Source of the DNA: Lepidodermella squamata
Taxonomy: Eukaryota > Animalia > Gastrotricha
NCBI GenBank assembly: GCA_047495785.1
Contig: JBLDXI010000003.1
Location: 1,364,001-1,428,000 of the forward strand
DNA length: 64,000 nt
Direction of reading: 5' to 3'
The notes under the pieces are model-generated. The model saw only the letters and a list, made by a program, of their open reading frames with translations, searched no databases and was not told the DNA's origin. Positions 25,923-38,244 of this stretch are shown in pieces. Position numbers and translations under genes: made by a program. Position 1 is the first letter of the stretch, and every line of letters begins with the position of its first letter.

Positions 25923-26379
25923 TGGATACATTGAATTCCCAGACTGTAGCGAAAATCGTGTAATCTTTTGACTAAATTATTTGTCTTCGTTGCGATAAGG
26001 AAAAACGTGAGCAGCGGAGTGTTTACAACTCACTCACAGCGCTTCAATTTAACTCTTCAATCGCATTGTAATGAAACATTGAGTTACTACACGTAATAAA
26101 CTCATCTGGGCTTTGTTTTTCTCAACTTTCAAACCGGAAACCGACATTTCCGCTACCCTGGACTATTTATCACATTTCAAACACATTTATCACATTTGTT
26201 GTCAAAAAGTTTGTGATATGGCTATTTAAGAGCTGAGACCTATTGCGAACAGCGATCACTGTTAGATCGCTCATCGGTAGCGCTAACCTATAACGTGTAG
26301 TTTTATTAGCTAGGCCGTGCTATGTATCGCGCATCGGGCTGCTATCCTCATCCGAAGGTCTTATTCGAACAGCTTATAT

Positions 26380-26623
26380 CAGTGCTCCGCAAAATATTTT
26401 CACCATCGGCTTTTTTGACGGCCGGAAAGCCTAAGCTCCAGCCACAATTTTGGCTGAAAATAGTACAAAACAGGCTGATTTTCGGGTTATGATCGTGCGA
26501 AACAAGGCGTCCGGCCGCATTCCAGCAATCCTTGGAGAAAATCCTATCGGCCGCCAATGGGCCGCCATGATCTGCCCAGCCGGCCGCACGTGGCCGGAAA
26601 AATTCCGAGTTTGCTGAGCACTG
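26380..26623. mobile_element. hAT-like MITE
   Basis: TIRs CAGTGCTC(C/A)GCAAA; flanking 8-mers only partly match (gcttatat / atttaaat). Confidence 0.55.
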
Positions 26624-27125
26624 ATTTAAATACAAAATTAGCTGCCCGAGTTGGATAAATGAAATTGGGCGGTGGTTTAACCAGTCAAGGCGACTTTGTT
26701 TACTTTAGGGCGCATCTCTTCAAAACGAGGGCGCACTATTATTAAATGAGGGCTGAGATTAAACGAGGGCGGACTTTTACCTTTTGGGGCGGCAAATTTT
26801 ATTTTACCGATTTTCTATTCCAAATAAAATTAGATTTGCTAGGAGTTGTCAGTTGTCACGCGGGTTTCCAGTCAGAACGAGCAGCCTCGGCGTCCTACAG
26901 TAGGTCTCATGAGTATATATACGGCTAAATCCTCTGGAGATAATCCTCTGAAAGTTGTTTAGAAAAATAGCAACCGTTAGTTGCCATTAGTTTATTCAAA
27001 GATTCTTAGCATTTTAAACGGACTTGATCGGATTTCATCCGGTGAAATCGATAAGCCAAAAATAGCTCGCACAGTTCAAGTACACTGTTGTGTGAAAAAC
27101 AGATAACAAATTCTTATTCGTTGTT

Positions 27126-29122
27126 TCACGTGTCATTGCCGCCAACGCATATATCAATTCTAGTCATGCCATAACCAATGTCAGCTGCGGTTGCGCCTTG
27201 TTTCACGGGCGCGTTGCCGAGAGCGAAGCAACAAGCTTCAAACGAAGCGTGAGAAAATGCCGTAACTCCTGTCTGTAAAATACATCCTTAATTCTTAGAC
27301 AAAAATGTACCCAGATATCAAGAAATTCTCACCAATCCGCCAGCTACTTGTACGTGACTAGGCTGGGTAGCTGTGTGCGGGAAACGAACGCAATAGGCCA
27401 GAGCTCCAGGACCTGGGGTTTGAATAGAAGCTGTTATTTTGTAGGGATTAGCATCAACAGCTCCGATGCATGTCGAAATTGCACCACCATAGTTGGAATG
27501 CTTGACGACTTCGTATTTGATCAAGGCTGGTGTCTGAGTGGCAGCACAGCAAAGATCAAACGTGTTGAATGAGTTGGGCGAGTCAGTAGAAGCCTAGCCA
27601 CATGAATTGATTATAAACAACCGCGTTCAAGGGCGTTAAATAAAAAACTTGAGCAGATGTCAGATAAGCGTTACATATGTTCCCATCTCCAGGGACATTA
27701 TGACAAAATTTGACAGTTTGAGATACTCCAGAGGCACCCTGTGTTGTAATTGAGCACAATTGGTAATAAGACTGAAAGAGAAATAAAAGTTTAAAAGAAG
27801 AGGGCTATCGCAATTTCACGAGCCAACCGAACTAGCCAAAATGCATTGTCGAGCAGGATAGAACATTTGATTACCGTACTTGATCGATTAAGATGCAGTA
27901 TTAATATATGTATTCCGCCGTGTTGACCTTCTTACCTTCGAGCTGACTCTTAGATCACCGGTACATCCTGATTTAGACTCCACGCAAGAAAGATCGTGGT
28001 TGGAGTTCTCGCAAATGACATATTGCTGGAAAGAGGAAAAGGTCAGTGAGACGAAGAAAACTGTACCGTGAATTAGACCCTATTAGGCACTCACCGATGT
28101 AATCGCTGTCACGCATCGATCAACAGAGTTGAAGGTGTTCGCTGATAACTAGTAAAATATGTCTCTATCAAGCGGGGTTTCGTGGCCTTCTCAATTGGGT
28201 CAAAGCTGGGGTTCCGGGATCTCCGAGCAGTTTGAACTCTAGCTTCCCGATTTATTCTCTGTAGTTCTCAGTTCTTAAGAAATATCAGGATTTTGGTTAG
28301 TATTTAAACGCCGATAGAATTGATTAAAATATTAGATGAAATAGGATCCTCAAGATGAAGGGGAGAAGGGTAGGGGATGCATGAGAGTATTTAAAGTCGG
28401 AATTATCTGACCACGGGCATATGGCGTAGATATCTACGTCACGTGACTGAAGGGCCCATTGTGGTTTTTTTGGGTTTCCTTGATATCAGGACCTCTCGAG
28501 GTGGGGAGTACAGTACCCTTAGTTCTTCGCACACTGGATGAAAACTGTTCACGGGGTTTGAAAAATGGAAGCACTTCGGGGCCGTCGGGGGCTGAGAAGC
28601 CCTGCAATGAATTGGCAGTTTCCTTACTACATTGACGCGTAGAGATCCTGAGCAACCCGGAACAGCCGGTGTGCATGAGAGGCCGTCATAGCCGTAACCG
28701 CAAATCACATATCGCTGTAAAATGACGCGTGAAACTTGAAGTTGCTTTTTCACATCTGGAATATATCAAACTTGCGCATATTTCTGGCAGACAGCCAGGT
28801 CTGAGAATTTATCAGATATCTAGAGCAACAAGTACAATGTGATGCTGGTCATGCATTAATAATTTACCGTTGTTTCTCCGCTTGAGCAAGAATCGGCTTT
28901 ACATGATCCAATGCCATTTAAAAAGCACTGTACGTACTGAACGAAATTCAGATAATTGACCAGCCATCATTGGAACATTTGGTATCTCACCATTTTGTTA
29001 GCAACTGTGCCAGAATCCTTGCCCGCGGGCTGGACACTTGGGCTGCTGCAACCAGCTACAGTCGATATGAGCTTAATGATACAGCACAAGGCTGACAGGA
29101 AACAGTTTGCATTAAAAAACAT
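27126..29122 (-). CDS. Secreted Cys-rich protein, paralogue 5 (10 exons, intact)
   Basis: Colinear with paralogue 4: LSANTFNSVDRC, QYVICENSNHDLSC..GCTGDL, YGNQMFYPARQC; ends ..ICVGGNDT*. Alternative ATG at 29131. Confidence 0.8.
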
Positions 29123-30848
29123 TGGATACATTGAATTCGCAGACTATAGCGAAAATCGTGTAGTCTTTTGACTAAATTAAATGTCTTCGTTGCGATGAGG
29201 AGGAACGTGAGCAGCCGAGTGTTTACAACTCATTCAAAGCGCTTCAATTTAACTCTTCAATCGCATTGTAATGAAACATTGAGTTACTACACGTAATAAA
29301 CTCATCTGGGCTTTGTTTTTGCTAAACTTTCTAACCGGAAGCCGACATTTCCGCTATCCTGAGTATGTATCACTTTCGAAAAGCTCCAAAAATGGTAGAC
29401 AAAAAGTAAAGCCGATAAAAAGCTCACATTGATGGATGTGGCGGGACTTCTTTTCGACCCCAGAACTCTTGACCGAGCCGAAACACTGAGTGACGTTTAA
29501 CCTTCCATTCGATCCATGCAACACTACAGAGACCCGAGATTTATTTCAGATATGGCTGGTAAAAGCTACGAAATTCGAAATGATAGCGTGTTCCGAAGTA
29601 CATCAACACTTCAGGATCCTATCTGCCGTTTATGATGCCGACGAGGACGAGCTGATCTTCTATCTTCGATCTTCCTGTACCTTTTTTGGAGAAACCAGAA
29701 AACCACCTCGGGGATATACAACAACATGATAAACAAGCTTACTCGCAGCTCGCAGCTTGGAAAACCGAGCTTGTCGATTGGTCTTATTTCCCAGATTGAG
29801 CTTTGCATGGTCTAACTAAACATCAAATGGCAAGAAAAAGTTAATGAAAACCGAAGATCGAAGGGCACTCAAATTACCTCAATCTATTGATTTCATTATG
29901 GGATTTCATTCATTCATTGATTTCATTATGGGAATTATGGCTATTTTTACATAAAAATATCATAATTAAATCCCTGAATAAGCGAGCCAACCTCATAATT
30001 CGATTACAAAATTTACCAAATGCGGCAATGGGGAATGAGCAAGTGGGGTACACCCTAGAGACCACCTTAGACCCCAGACACCCTAGTAGTCTTGAGAGTA
30101 GGACTACACAACTCACAGCTGGTAAGGATAAGAGATAAGATCGTCATATCGACCGGTTCAGAACTTTCCAACGATGAATGATGATTGATAATTTACTGAT
30201 AATTTTGACGGTAATCCCAACTGTTTATTATTTTCCTGTATCAGTCAGTTAAATTCAAAGTCATCGTCATGGACTTCAACAACAGGTCAGCCTACCATGA
30301 GGAATTTTCGCATCAAAAGTTCTATTAGCAGAAACACTTTCCCTATGTTTCATCAATTTATATGGAGTCTATGCAGATGGGCTGAATATTTTTTTACAGT
30401 ACAGCTTGTGGCTTGTGATTTACAGCTTGTGATCGATAAAAAAGTGGGATCATATGTATTCATTACATACATTATTTATGATACAAAATTATTCATCTTC
30501 CATTTTCACTCTTTATGCGAAACACTGAATCCATGATGATTCATCTTAAATTATAAATATCACACTCCCAGTAGCACAATGCAGCATTTTGTAAGCAAGT
30601 AGCAAGTAATTGTGTAATGCTATCGGCTATACATAATTTAATGTAACATCGAAATCGCGGTGTAATTTGGAAAGCGGCACTAATCCATTCGCGATGCAGC
30701 CCCGAAATATGATTCGTAAAATGATTCAACTTAAATTCAAGATGAATAAAGAAAATTGTATATAAGCCATATACAGCCGCTACAGCAGCCGCTCATTACA
30801 CCACCTCTACGTGAGTATTAATGTTCTAGTCAAATAAAAAAACTTCGA

Positions 30849-32454
30849 ATGGATAATGAAATAGCTCCGCGTTGTGCTAGGCGGGCACAGCAAATTCTCG
30901 GAATCATTGTAGCCTGCTATATGAGCATTGTCGTGGACGGCCACTTTTACGCTTTCGGCTTGCTGAAACTGGAAATGGAAAAAGAATACCCCGAAATTCC
31001 AACCGAATCGATCTCGCTGATAGGCGGTCTCTATGCGACGTGTTACCTACTTTTCGGTAAGATTACGTAACTTTTATCGAATTAATCCGAAAATTTTACT
31101 TCCAGCTCCGTTTGGCATGGCTATCCTCGCTGCGTTCGGCCTAAAAACTGTCTCAATCCTGGGTACCTCACTTCATGTCTTCGGATTTTTTCTTGCCTTT
31201 CTCGGGCAATGGATCAAATGGGGATTCGTCCTAGATGTAATATTTGTCGGAATCCTACCAGGTCAGTGATTATCAAAAAGCCTACGTTTTTCATTAATCC
31301 CTCAATCTAGGCATTGGCGGTGCGCTTATGTTCGGCCCTTCTATTGTTGGAGCGCCTGATCAATACGGGAAAGATGCGGGAATTCACAAGGCTATCACCA
31401 CTTCCATCGCAACGGCTGGTTCGCCTGCTGGGGCTCTGCTGTACGGCTTCCTGTTCAAATACTTCCTGATGGCAACGCCATTCGGTTGGCGGGGGGTTAT
31501 GTTGTTCTACGCCATCATGGCCGCAATAATCATCCCTCTAGGCTTCACATTCTACAAACTACCAGAGGACCCTCTACCAGCCGGGCAACGCCCTCCGACC
31601 GCATTGCAACGGTTTAAAGACAAAGTAGCTGGCCAGTTCACGACGAGGATTTGGAGCTGCAACAACAAGGCGTTCATAGCTTTTCTCATCTCAACGTCAT
31701 TCGCTGTTCTGGGATATCCAGTTGCAACTCTTCTCGTCAACACGATGGCTAAAGACCCCACAATGGGCATCAGCGATACCACAGAGCGAAATCTCATATT
31801 CTACTGGGGAATTTCAAACATCATCGGCCGTTTGACGCTTGGCTCGTTGCCAAAATGGGCTAACAGAAGCAAAGTTTTGTTTTCATCCTATTCTATCTAC
31901 GTCATGTCGCAAATCCTATCGGCTGCTGATGTTTCATTCTTCCCACTCTACATGTCCAGCGGGGATGTTGCTTTCATCCTTTTCATCGTTTCCTACGGCT
32001 TCATCTCTGCGCCAATCATGGCGATTCGCAGCACGTATCTAGGCGATTTATTCTACCCGCGTGACAACAAAACGACCGAGCAGGAAGCTAACGAAATCAA
32101 GAATGCCTCTTTCGGCTGGCAATTGGTTAGTGATGGCATATTTGCCTGGATCGGCTTCTACGTTTCAAGTAACCTATTTTCGCTGTAAATTGTATCTTTC
32201 TAAACCACTTTGTTTTAGCTATGTTGAACAACATTTCACCTTGGTACAGTTGCCTCTTTGCCGGGGGTACTTTGTTAGCCGGTGCCATCACGCTAGCCCT
32301 CACGTTCAGTCCCTACTTCAGAGGCCTCGATAGTAGACTCCAGCACGAAGCAAGGAATGCTTCGGGAGCAGAAGCAGCTGCTGCTGAGATAATTCCTCTA
32401 GCAGGAGCAGCTGCTGCTGAGATAATTCCTCTAGCAGAAGTTGGTTCCGAGTAA
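30849..32454 (+). CDS. MFS transporter, divergent SLC16/monocarboxylate-like
   Basis: Exons 30849-31056, 31105-31261, 31311-32168, 32219-32454 join in frame. About 12 hydrophobic segments; FGWRG and NIIGRL motifs; duplicated AAAAEIIPLA at the C-terminus. Confidence 0.8.
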
Positions 32455-32590
32455 TTCGGATGAACATTTCCTGTGATTCGCCCTAGCATCAAAGAATTTA
32501 GAATAAAATAAAAAATTCAGCTAATTGTTTGAAATTTCTTTCCTTAGACTTTATAAATCTGTTCTTAAAATTGCGAAGCATCTGCGAAGA

Positions 32591-34414
32591 ATGGCGCAAC
32601 AATTGTCGCTAGGCGAAGCTAGAATCTCGCAACTCCGAGCCCGATGGAACACGGCTTCTTATCCCGAGCAACGGGCCTCTTCAATGCCTGATAAGCAAAA
32701 GGTTGTTCTGCCAATATCTGGCCAGCGCAATAAACTGATAACAAGCGCCCTGCCTTATGTCAACAACGTGCCGCATCTTGGCAACATCATCGGCTGCGTG
32801 CTGAGTGCTGATATTTACGCGCGATTCTGCCGCCTGCGCCGCTACAACACGCTGTTCATCTGCGGAAGTGATGAGTACGGCACAGCAACGGAAACCAAAG
32901 CTATCGAAGAGGGCACAACGCCGCGGCAGCTTTGCGACAAGTACCACGAGATTCACCGCGCTGTCTACGATTGGTTTCAGATCAGCTTCGATCATTTCGG
33001 CCGAACTTCGACCCCGCAGCAAACTGAGATAACCCAGGACATTTTCTGGCGTCTTCACAAGGCTGGACTGATTACAAGCTCGTCGGTCGAACAGTTGTTC
33101 TGCGATAAGTGTGAACGATTTCTGGCCGATCGTTTCGTCGAAGGCACGTGCCCGAAGTGTCGCTATACGAATGCGAGAGGCGATCAGTGTGACAAATGCG
33201 GTTCACTCATCAACGCTGTTGAACTTGAGAAACCGGTCTGTAAAATCTGCGGGGATGAGCCGAAAATCGCGAGCTCAGATCATCTCTTCCTTGATCTAGC
33301 CTGCCTCGAGCCGAAGGTTCGTGATTTCACTGAGAGGTCGATGTCGAACGGCGACTGGACCGACAACGCTAGGGCAGTAACTCGGGCCTGGCTGAAAGAT
33401 GGGATAAAGCCGCGCTGCATCACTCGTGACTTGAAGTGGGGGACGCCGTGCCCGTTGCAAGGCTTCGAAAGCAAGGTTTTCTACGTTTGGTTCGACGCTC
33501 CGATTGGGTATATTTCGATAACGGCGCAATACACCAGCGAATGGCCGCAGTGGTGGAAGAACCCGGCCGAGGTTCAGCTGTATAATTTCATGGCGAAGGA
33601 CAACATCCCGTTTCATAGCATCATTTTCCCGGCCAGTTTGATTGGCGCTGAAGACAACTACACGCTAGTTAACCATCTGGTCGCGACTGAGTACCTGAAC
33701 TACGAGGGCGGAAAATTTTCGAAAAGCCGTGGCCTCGGCGTGTTTGGTAGCGATGCTGAAACGTCCGGGATCTCAAGTGACTACTGGCGATTCTACCTTG
33801 TTATGATCAGACCTGAAACAGCCGATTCCGCCTTCAAATGGGCCGATTTCGCCGCACGAGTCAATAACGAGCTGTTAGCCAATTTCGGAAACTTTGTCAA
33901 CCGATCGCTGAGTCTTTGCTTTAAAAACTTCTCTGGAAAGTTGCCGGCAGTTGGGAATCTTACCGAGGACGATTGTCTCTTTCTGAACAACGTCGAACTT
34001 GAAATGACAGGCTATCAGGCAAATTTAGACAAAGTCTTACTGCGAGACGGTCTGGTTTCGGTTCTGGCCATCTCGAGGCTAGGCAACCAGTATTTGCAAG
34101 CGAATGAGCCGTGGAAATTGTTGAAAACTGACAATGATCGCGCGGGAAGTGTCGTGGCTATCGCGTGTCATGTCGTCGCAATTTTGTCAACATTTATCGA
34201 ACCCTACATGCCGGAGACTGCTGGTAAAATGCGGCAACAATTGGGCATAGCCGATTCGCCGACTGGGCTATCTTTGGAGGCGGAGTCGCCTAATTTCAAA
34301 CCGATACTCCCGCAAGGTCACAAGATCAATGAACCCGTTCCACTTTTCACAAAAATCGAAGAGGAACAGTGGAAAACACTGGCCGAGAGATTTGGCGGCT
34401 CACTCCAGCAGTGA
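32591..34414 (+). CDS. MARS1: Cytoplasmic-type methionyl-tRNA synthetase (intronless, core domains only)
   Basis: [16 protein letters not shown] (HIGH), Zn knuckle CxxC motifs, [15 protein letters not shown] (KMSKS). No N-terminal GST or C-terminal WHEP appendix. Confidence 0.97.
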   Translation: MAQQLSLGEARISQLRARWNTASYPEQRASSMPDKQKVVLPISGQRNKLITSALPYVNNVPHLGNIIGCVLSADIYARFCRLRRYNTLFICGSDEYGTATETKAIEEGTTPRQLCDKYHEIHRAVYDWFQISFDHFGRTSTPQQTEITQDIFWRLHKAGLITSSSVEQLFCDKCERFLADRFVEGTCPKCRYTNARGDQCDKCGSLINAVELEKPVCKICGDEPKIASSDHLFLDLACLEPKVRDFTERSMSNGDWTDNARAVTRAWLKDGIKPRCITRDLKWGTPCPLQGFESKVFYVWFDAPIGYISITAQYTSEWPQWWKNPAEVQLYNFMAKDNIPFHSIIFPASLIGAEDNYTLVNHLVATEYLNYEGGKFSKSRGLGVFGSDAETSGISSDYWRFYLVMIRPETADSAFKWADFAARVNNELLANFGNFVNRSLSLCFKNFSGKLPAVGNLTEDDCLFLNNVELEMTGYQANLDKVLLRDGLVSVLAISRLGNQYLQANEPWKLLKTDNDRAGSVVAIACHVVAILSTFIEPYMPETAGKMRQQLGIADSPTGLSLEAESPNFKPILPQGHKINEPVPLFTKIEEEQWKTLAERFGGSLQQ

Positions 34415-34510
34415 ATCGAATTTCATGTTTCTTCAGCAGAAAGAACAAGTAAAATGTGTGGATAATAGTTTTCTTTTTCTTTTTCATTAGACCAACTAAC
34501 TTTTATTGAA

Positions 34511-35614
34511 ATGGATCGTGTTATGCGTGAAACAGCTGGGCAAGCGTCGTTTTTATTCACCTCCGAATCAGTCGGCGAAGGTCATCCGGACAAATTATGC
34601 GATCAGATAAGCGACGCTGTAGTCGATGCCTTCCTCGCCGTGGATGCCGATGCCAAAGTTGCCTGTGAAAGCGCTGTCAAGTCCGATGAGGTCTATGTCT
34701 TCGGCGAATTCACTTCAACCGCCGCTGATCGGGTCAACATCGACGCAGTGGTGCGTGACGTCATTCGTAGCGTTGGCTACAGCGATGCTGAAACCGGCAT
34801 TGACCCGGAAACATGCCAAGTCCGCGTGAAACTCGAGGGCCAGAGCCCAGAAATCGCGTCAGCTGTTCACATTGATAAATCAGTTGAAACTACAGGTGCT
34901 GGTGATCAGGGTATGATGTTTGGCTATGCGACCGATGAAACGCCCGAATTTATGCCACTTTCACTTGTTTTGGCTCATAAGCTCAACAAACGTATTGCGG
35001 AGCTGCGGCGAAGCGGGGTCTTACCCTGGGCAATGCCTGATTCGAAAAGCCAGGTTACGGTCGAATACAACTGGCAAGGAGGAACCGTGGTCCCGGTTGC
35101 AGTCACGGCTGTTGTCATATCGATACAACACAAAGCAACGGTCACGCTCGACCAGTTGCGCCGGGCTTTGTTGCAGCATGTTGTGAAACATGTTATACCG
35201 GAGAAACTTCTCAGCGACCGAACTGAGATGATCCTCAACCCAAGCGGTTCGTTCATCGTTGGCGGGCCCAAGGGCGATGCGGGTTTGACAGGCCGGAAAA
35301 TCATAGTCGATACGTATGGGGGTTGGGGCGCTCATGGCGGCGGTGCGTTCTCGGGCAAGGATCCGACCAAAGTCGACCGATCAGGCGCCTACGCGGCGCG
35401 CTGGGCTGCGAAATCGCTCGTGGCTGCTGGGCTATGTCGCCGGTGTCTTGTGCAGCTGTCCTACGCTATAGGTCGTTGTGAGCCGGTGAGTATCACTGTC
35501 TTTGATTATGGCTCCGCGAAAGGCGACCTGACGGCGGATGATGTATGTATTTTTAATCCGGTAAAGCAAAGACAGAAAACTTACATTATGAAAGCTCAAC
35601 TTAAAAATGCCTAA
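34511..35614 (+). CDS. MAT: S-adenosylmethionine synthetase (MAT/MetK); last ~50 aa of the family not found
   Basis: [52 protein letters not shown]. Similarity stops at a GTATGT donor-like site at 35543. Confidence 0.9.
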   Translation: MDRVMRETAGQASFLFTSESVGEGHPDKLCDQISDAVVDAFLAVDADAKVACESAVKSDEVYVFGEFTSTAADRVNIDAVVRDVIRSVGYSDAETGIDPETCQVRVKLEGQSPEIASAVHIDKSVETTGAGDQGMMFGYATDETPEFMPLSLVLAHKLNKRIAELRRSGVLPWAMPDSKSQVTVEYNWQGGTVVPVAVTAVVISIQHKATVTLDQLRRALLQHVVKHVIPEKLLSDRTEMILNPSGSFIVGGPKGDAGLTGRKIIVDTYGGWGAHGGGAFSGKDPTKVDRSGAYAARWAAKSLVAAGLCRRCLVQLSYAIGRCEPVSITVFDYGSAKGDLTADDVCIFNPVKQRQKTYIMKAQLKNA

Positions 35615-38060
35615 GCTTCTAAACTTTGCGATGGCGCTCCTCGTCATCATCGGAACGCAATGCTCCTTAGCTCAGAGACCGCCTAGGAAAATCCGAATTC
35701 TCGCTTTTGTTATGTATTCTGGATTCCCGCCATTTGACGGCAAAACCTGCTCCGCCGCTATGAATGTCGCAGTTTCTGAAGCTAACAAGCGAGTTGACCT
35801 ACTGCCTGGCTACTTAATCGAAATGACATTTGCAGACGAAGGCGCTGGAGCTTCAAAAACAGCTAGTAACATAATGTCTTACATCAACTCATTCGATGGT
35901 GGAAGTTCCGACGTAAGGTCGCCGGTAATGATCGGAGCCTATCAAACCCCTGGTTGCTTACCAATAACTCCAATGCTGCCAGCAATATGTTCGGTCATGC
36001 TAGGGATCGGCTGTAGATCTCCTGCTGCAACGGATAATCGGCAGAAGTACAAAAATCTCTACTGGGCAAGAGGGCCCTCTGAAATGATAGCATTCAACCG
36101 CGTCCAATTCATCAGGAAATTCGCCCCATCTTGGAATAAACTCGCAATCATGACAAATACCCTCAACGAGTTCGACTATTTGACTGCAAGGTATTTTCAT
36201 AATGTTGCGACCAAGGTTGGATTTCGAATTATCTGGTACAACGCGATTTTCGGGATGAGTGAAGAAACTGCTGGTTCTCTTAAGGACAGCCAGGCTAGAG
36301 TCATCATCATTGACCTTCAAGGAGCTTTATTCATCGAAGTTATGTGTAAACTTTACTGGAAGAGTGTTACTGGGCCAAGATATGTATTCATAACCCCTAC
36401 TTACAACTTCATAGATCCGAGGACTCAGCCTCCAGAGCCATTTCCAGGTTGCTCGAGGGCAATGTTCTCTAGTCAGTTGGAAATCGTCATCTTCATCGGT
36501 CAAATGTTGGGGGCGATTGAAAATAACGGCATAACCTCGTTAGGCTACGACTTGCCTGCATTTGAAGCAAAATTTGATAATGCAACCAACAGCTTGCGAT
36601 CTGCTGAGTATGGTCTAAGACATGTGTGTCATGACTCCGTAATGCAAGCTATGTTGATACTGAATGAAACTAACAACAAACTACAGCTTCAACACAATCT
36701 GTCTCTCGATGCGATTTCGCAGTTTCCTAACCTCGTCTCGAAAATCGCCAATGATTCTGCAGGGCTGGTGACATTCACCGGACTTAGAATAGGATTTGCT
36801 GCTTATTCCAGCCGGCTTCATTTCGATGACGAGCCTTACGTTGTAGCACAGTGGTCGAATGAAACTGGCTATCGATCTATCCTTAAGATAATGCATGAAG
36901 TTCGGACGGATTTGTTCAACGACTCGACGTATACTTTCAAAAGATTTGGCGAGCTCAAATGGAGAACGCCTAGTGGTCTGCCTCCTATTGATTACCCTAG
37001 TCAAGTTGAAGTGATCGATAGGGTGTCTAAAACATCTTTCGGGGTCATTACATGTCTATCGTTGGTCCTATCCCTCTCGCAAATTGCTTTGCTTTTTGTT
37101 ATGAAGTCAAGGATGAGTTCGAATGATCTGTGGTTCAAAAGCTCGAAGGTATTCACTACTTGCTCATGCTTGGTCGAAAATCTAGCGGCTATCATGTTTG
37201 TCCTAACTGCATTCGAGAAGGCTTCTATTAACGCTACCTGTCGATTTCAAGCCGGTCTATTCCTCCTCGGAATATCGATAGCTAACGGCCATCATTTTGC
37301 TAGAGCTCTGGCTATTCGTCTCAGTATCAGGGAAGGAATAAGAAGCCGAAAGATTCAGATAAATCCAGGCAATACGGCTTCAATACGCACGAGAAGCTAC
37401 TCAACCTCAAAACGAGAAAGGCGTGCAAGTGCATGGGAAGTTACAACTCGAGTTCCAATCAACAACCTTCGACCCGAAATATTCCTCTTTTCGCTTTTCA
37501 TCATTCTAAACTTGATTATCTTCATAGCCTGGTTCACAACCGATCCGCTACTGCATAGGATAAAACAAGTTGGACCTGTGAAGTACCTTGAGGTTGAAGA
37601 TGTCGAGCTAACTCAAAAAGCTCAGTCTTGCGAACCTATTCATGATTCAACTCCATGGATATTTGTGCTTTTCTCCATTCACGGCATCGCTTTGTTTTCA
37701 ACCATCAGCATGTGCTTTGAGATAAACAGTTTCAAGATTTTGATGCCTGAAAATACGCAGCTTGCTTGCATGAGGATAGCTAGTTTGGGCTCGACCAGCT
37801 TACTCGCCGCCATGTTAACAGTGTATTATCTACTTCACAATTCCTTTGCTAAACAATCGATGGTGGTCGCTGTAGCTTTATTAATTCTATCTTCCGGATC
37901 GTATGGCATAACGTTTTACCCATTTTTCAAACGAAGGCAAGAGGAAACTGAGCCGAATGGGTTAAATGGCTTGAATTCAGTGTACGGCAGCTCTCTAAAT
38001 CAAAATCGTAGTGTGAAAAGTTCTCATCATAGAAAAGGATCATTTTTGGCTATTAATTAG
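35607..38060 (+). CDS. Class C GPCR, GABA-B-receptor-like (intronless)
   Basis: Signal peptide; Venus-flytrap motifs ([32 protein letters not shown]); 7 TM segments with WFTTDPL; no Cys-rich linker. Confidence 0.88.
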   Translation: MPKLLNFAMALLVIIGTQCSLAQRPPRKIRILAFVMYSGFPPFDGKTCSAAMNVAVSEANKRVDLLPGYLIEMTFADEGAGASKTASNIMSYINSFDGGSSDVRSPVMIGAYQTPGCLPITPMLPAICSVMLGIGCRSPAATDNRQKYKNLYWARGPSEMIAFNRVQFIRKFAPSWNKLAIMTNTLNEFDYLTARYFHNVATKVGFRIIWYNAIFGMSEETAGSLKDSQARVIIIDLQGALFIEVMCKLYWKSVTGPRYVFITPTYNFIDPRTQPPEPFPGCSRAMFSSQLEIVIFIGQMLGAIENNGITSLGYDLPAFEAKFDNATNSLRSAEYGLRHVCHDSVMQAMLILNETNNKLQLQHNLSLDAISQFPNLVSKIANDSAGLVTFTGLRIGFAAYSSRLHFDDEPYVVAQWSNETGYRSILKIMHEVRTDLFNDSTYTFKRFGELKWRTPSGLPPIDYPSQVEVIDRVSKTSFGVITCLSLVLSLSQIALLFVMKSRMSSNDLWFKSSKVFTTCSCLVENLAAIMFVLTAFEKASINATCRFQAGLFLLGISIANGHHFARALAIRLSIREGIRSRKIQINPGNTASIRTRSYSTSKRERRASAWEVTTRVPINNLRPEIFLFSLFIILNLIIFIAWFTTDPLLHRIKQVGPVKYLEVEDVELTQKAQSCEPIHDSTPWIFVLFSIHGIALFSTISMCFEINSFKILMPENTQLACMRIASLGSTSLLAAMLTVYYLLHNSFAKQSMVVAVALLILSSGSYGITFYPFFKRRQEETEPNGLNGLNSVYGSSLNQNRSVKSSHHRKGSFLAIN

Positions 38061-38244
38061 ATTTTCATCTTCAAACTTCAAACGTGAAGTGAGTAGCTTT
38101 TCATAAATGTAAATGTACTACGTCCTTTCGTGAGCTTCACTACGTTTTACTACGCCTCTTTTCATTATTGTAATGGTGAATAACATACGTGTGTGACTAC
38201 ATAACAATATTAGAACGTTTGCGTTAAAATAAAATATTTGATAA

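Noticed and set aside
29400-30800. Short ORFs between paralogue 5 and the MFS gene
   Set aside because: No motifs, no consistent splice structure and no homology within the window.
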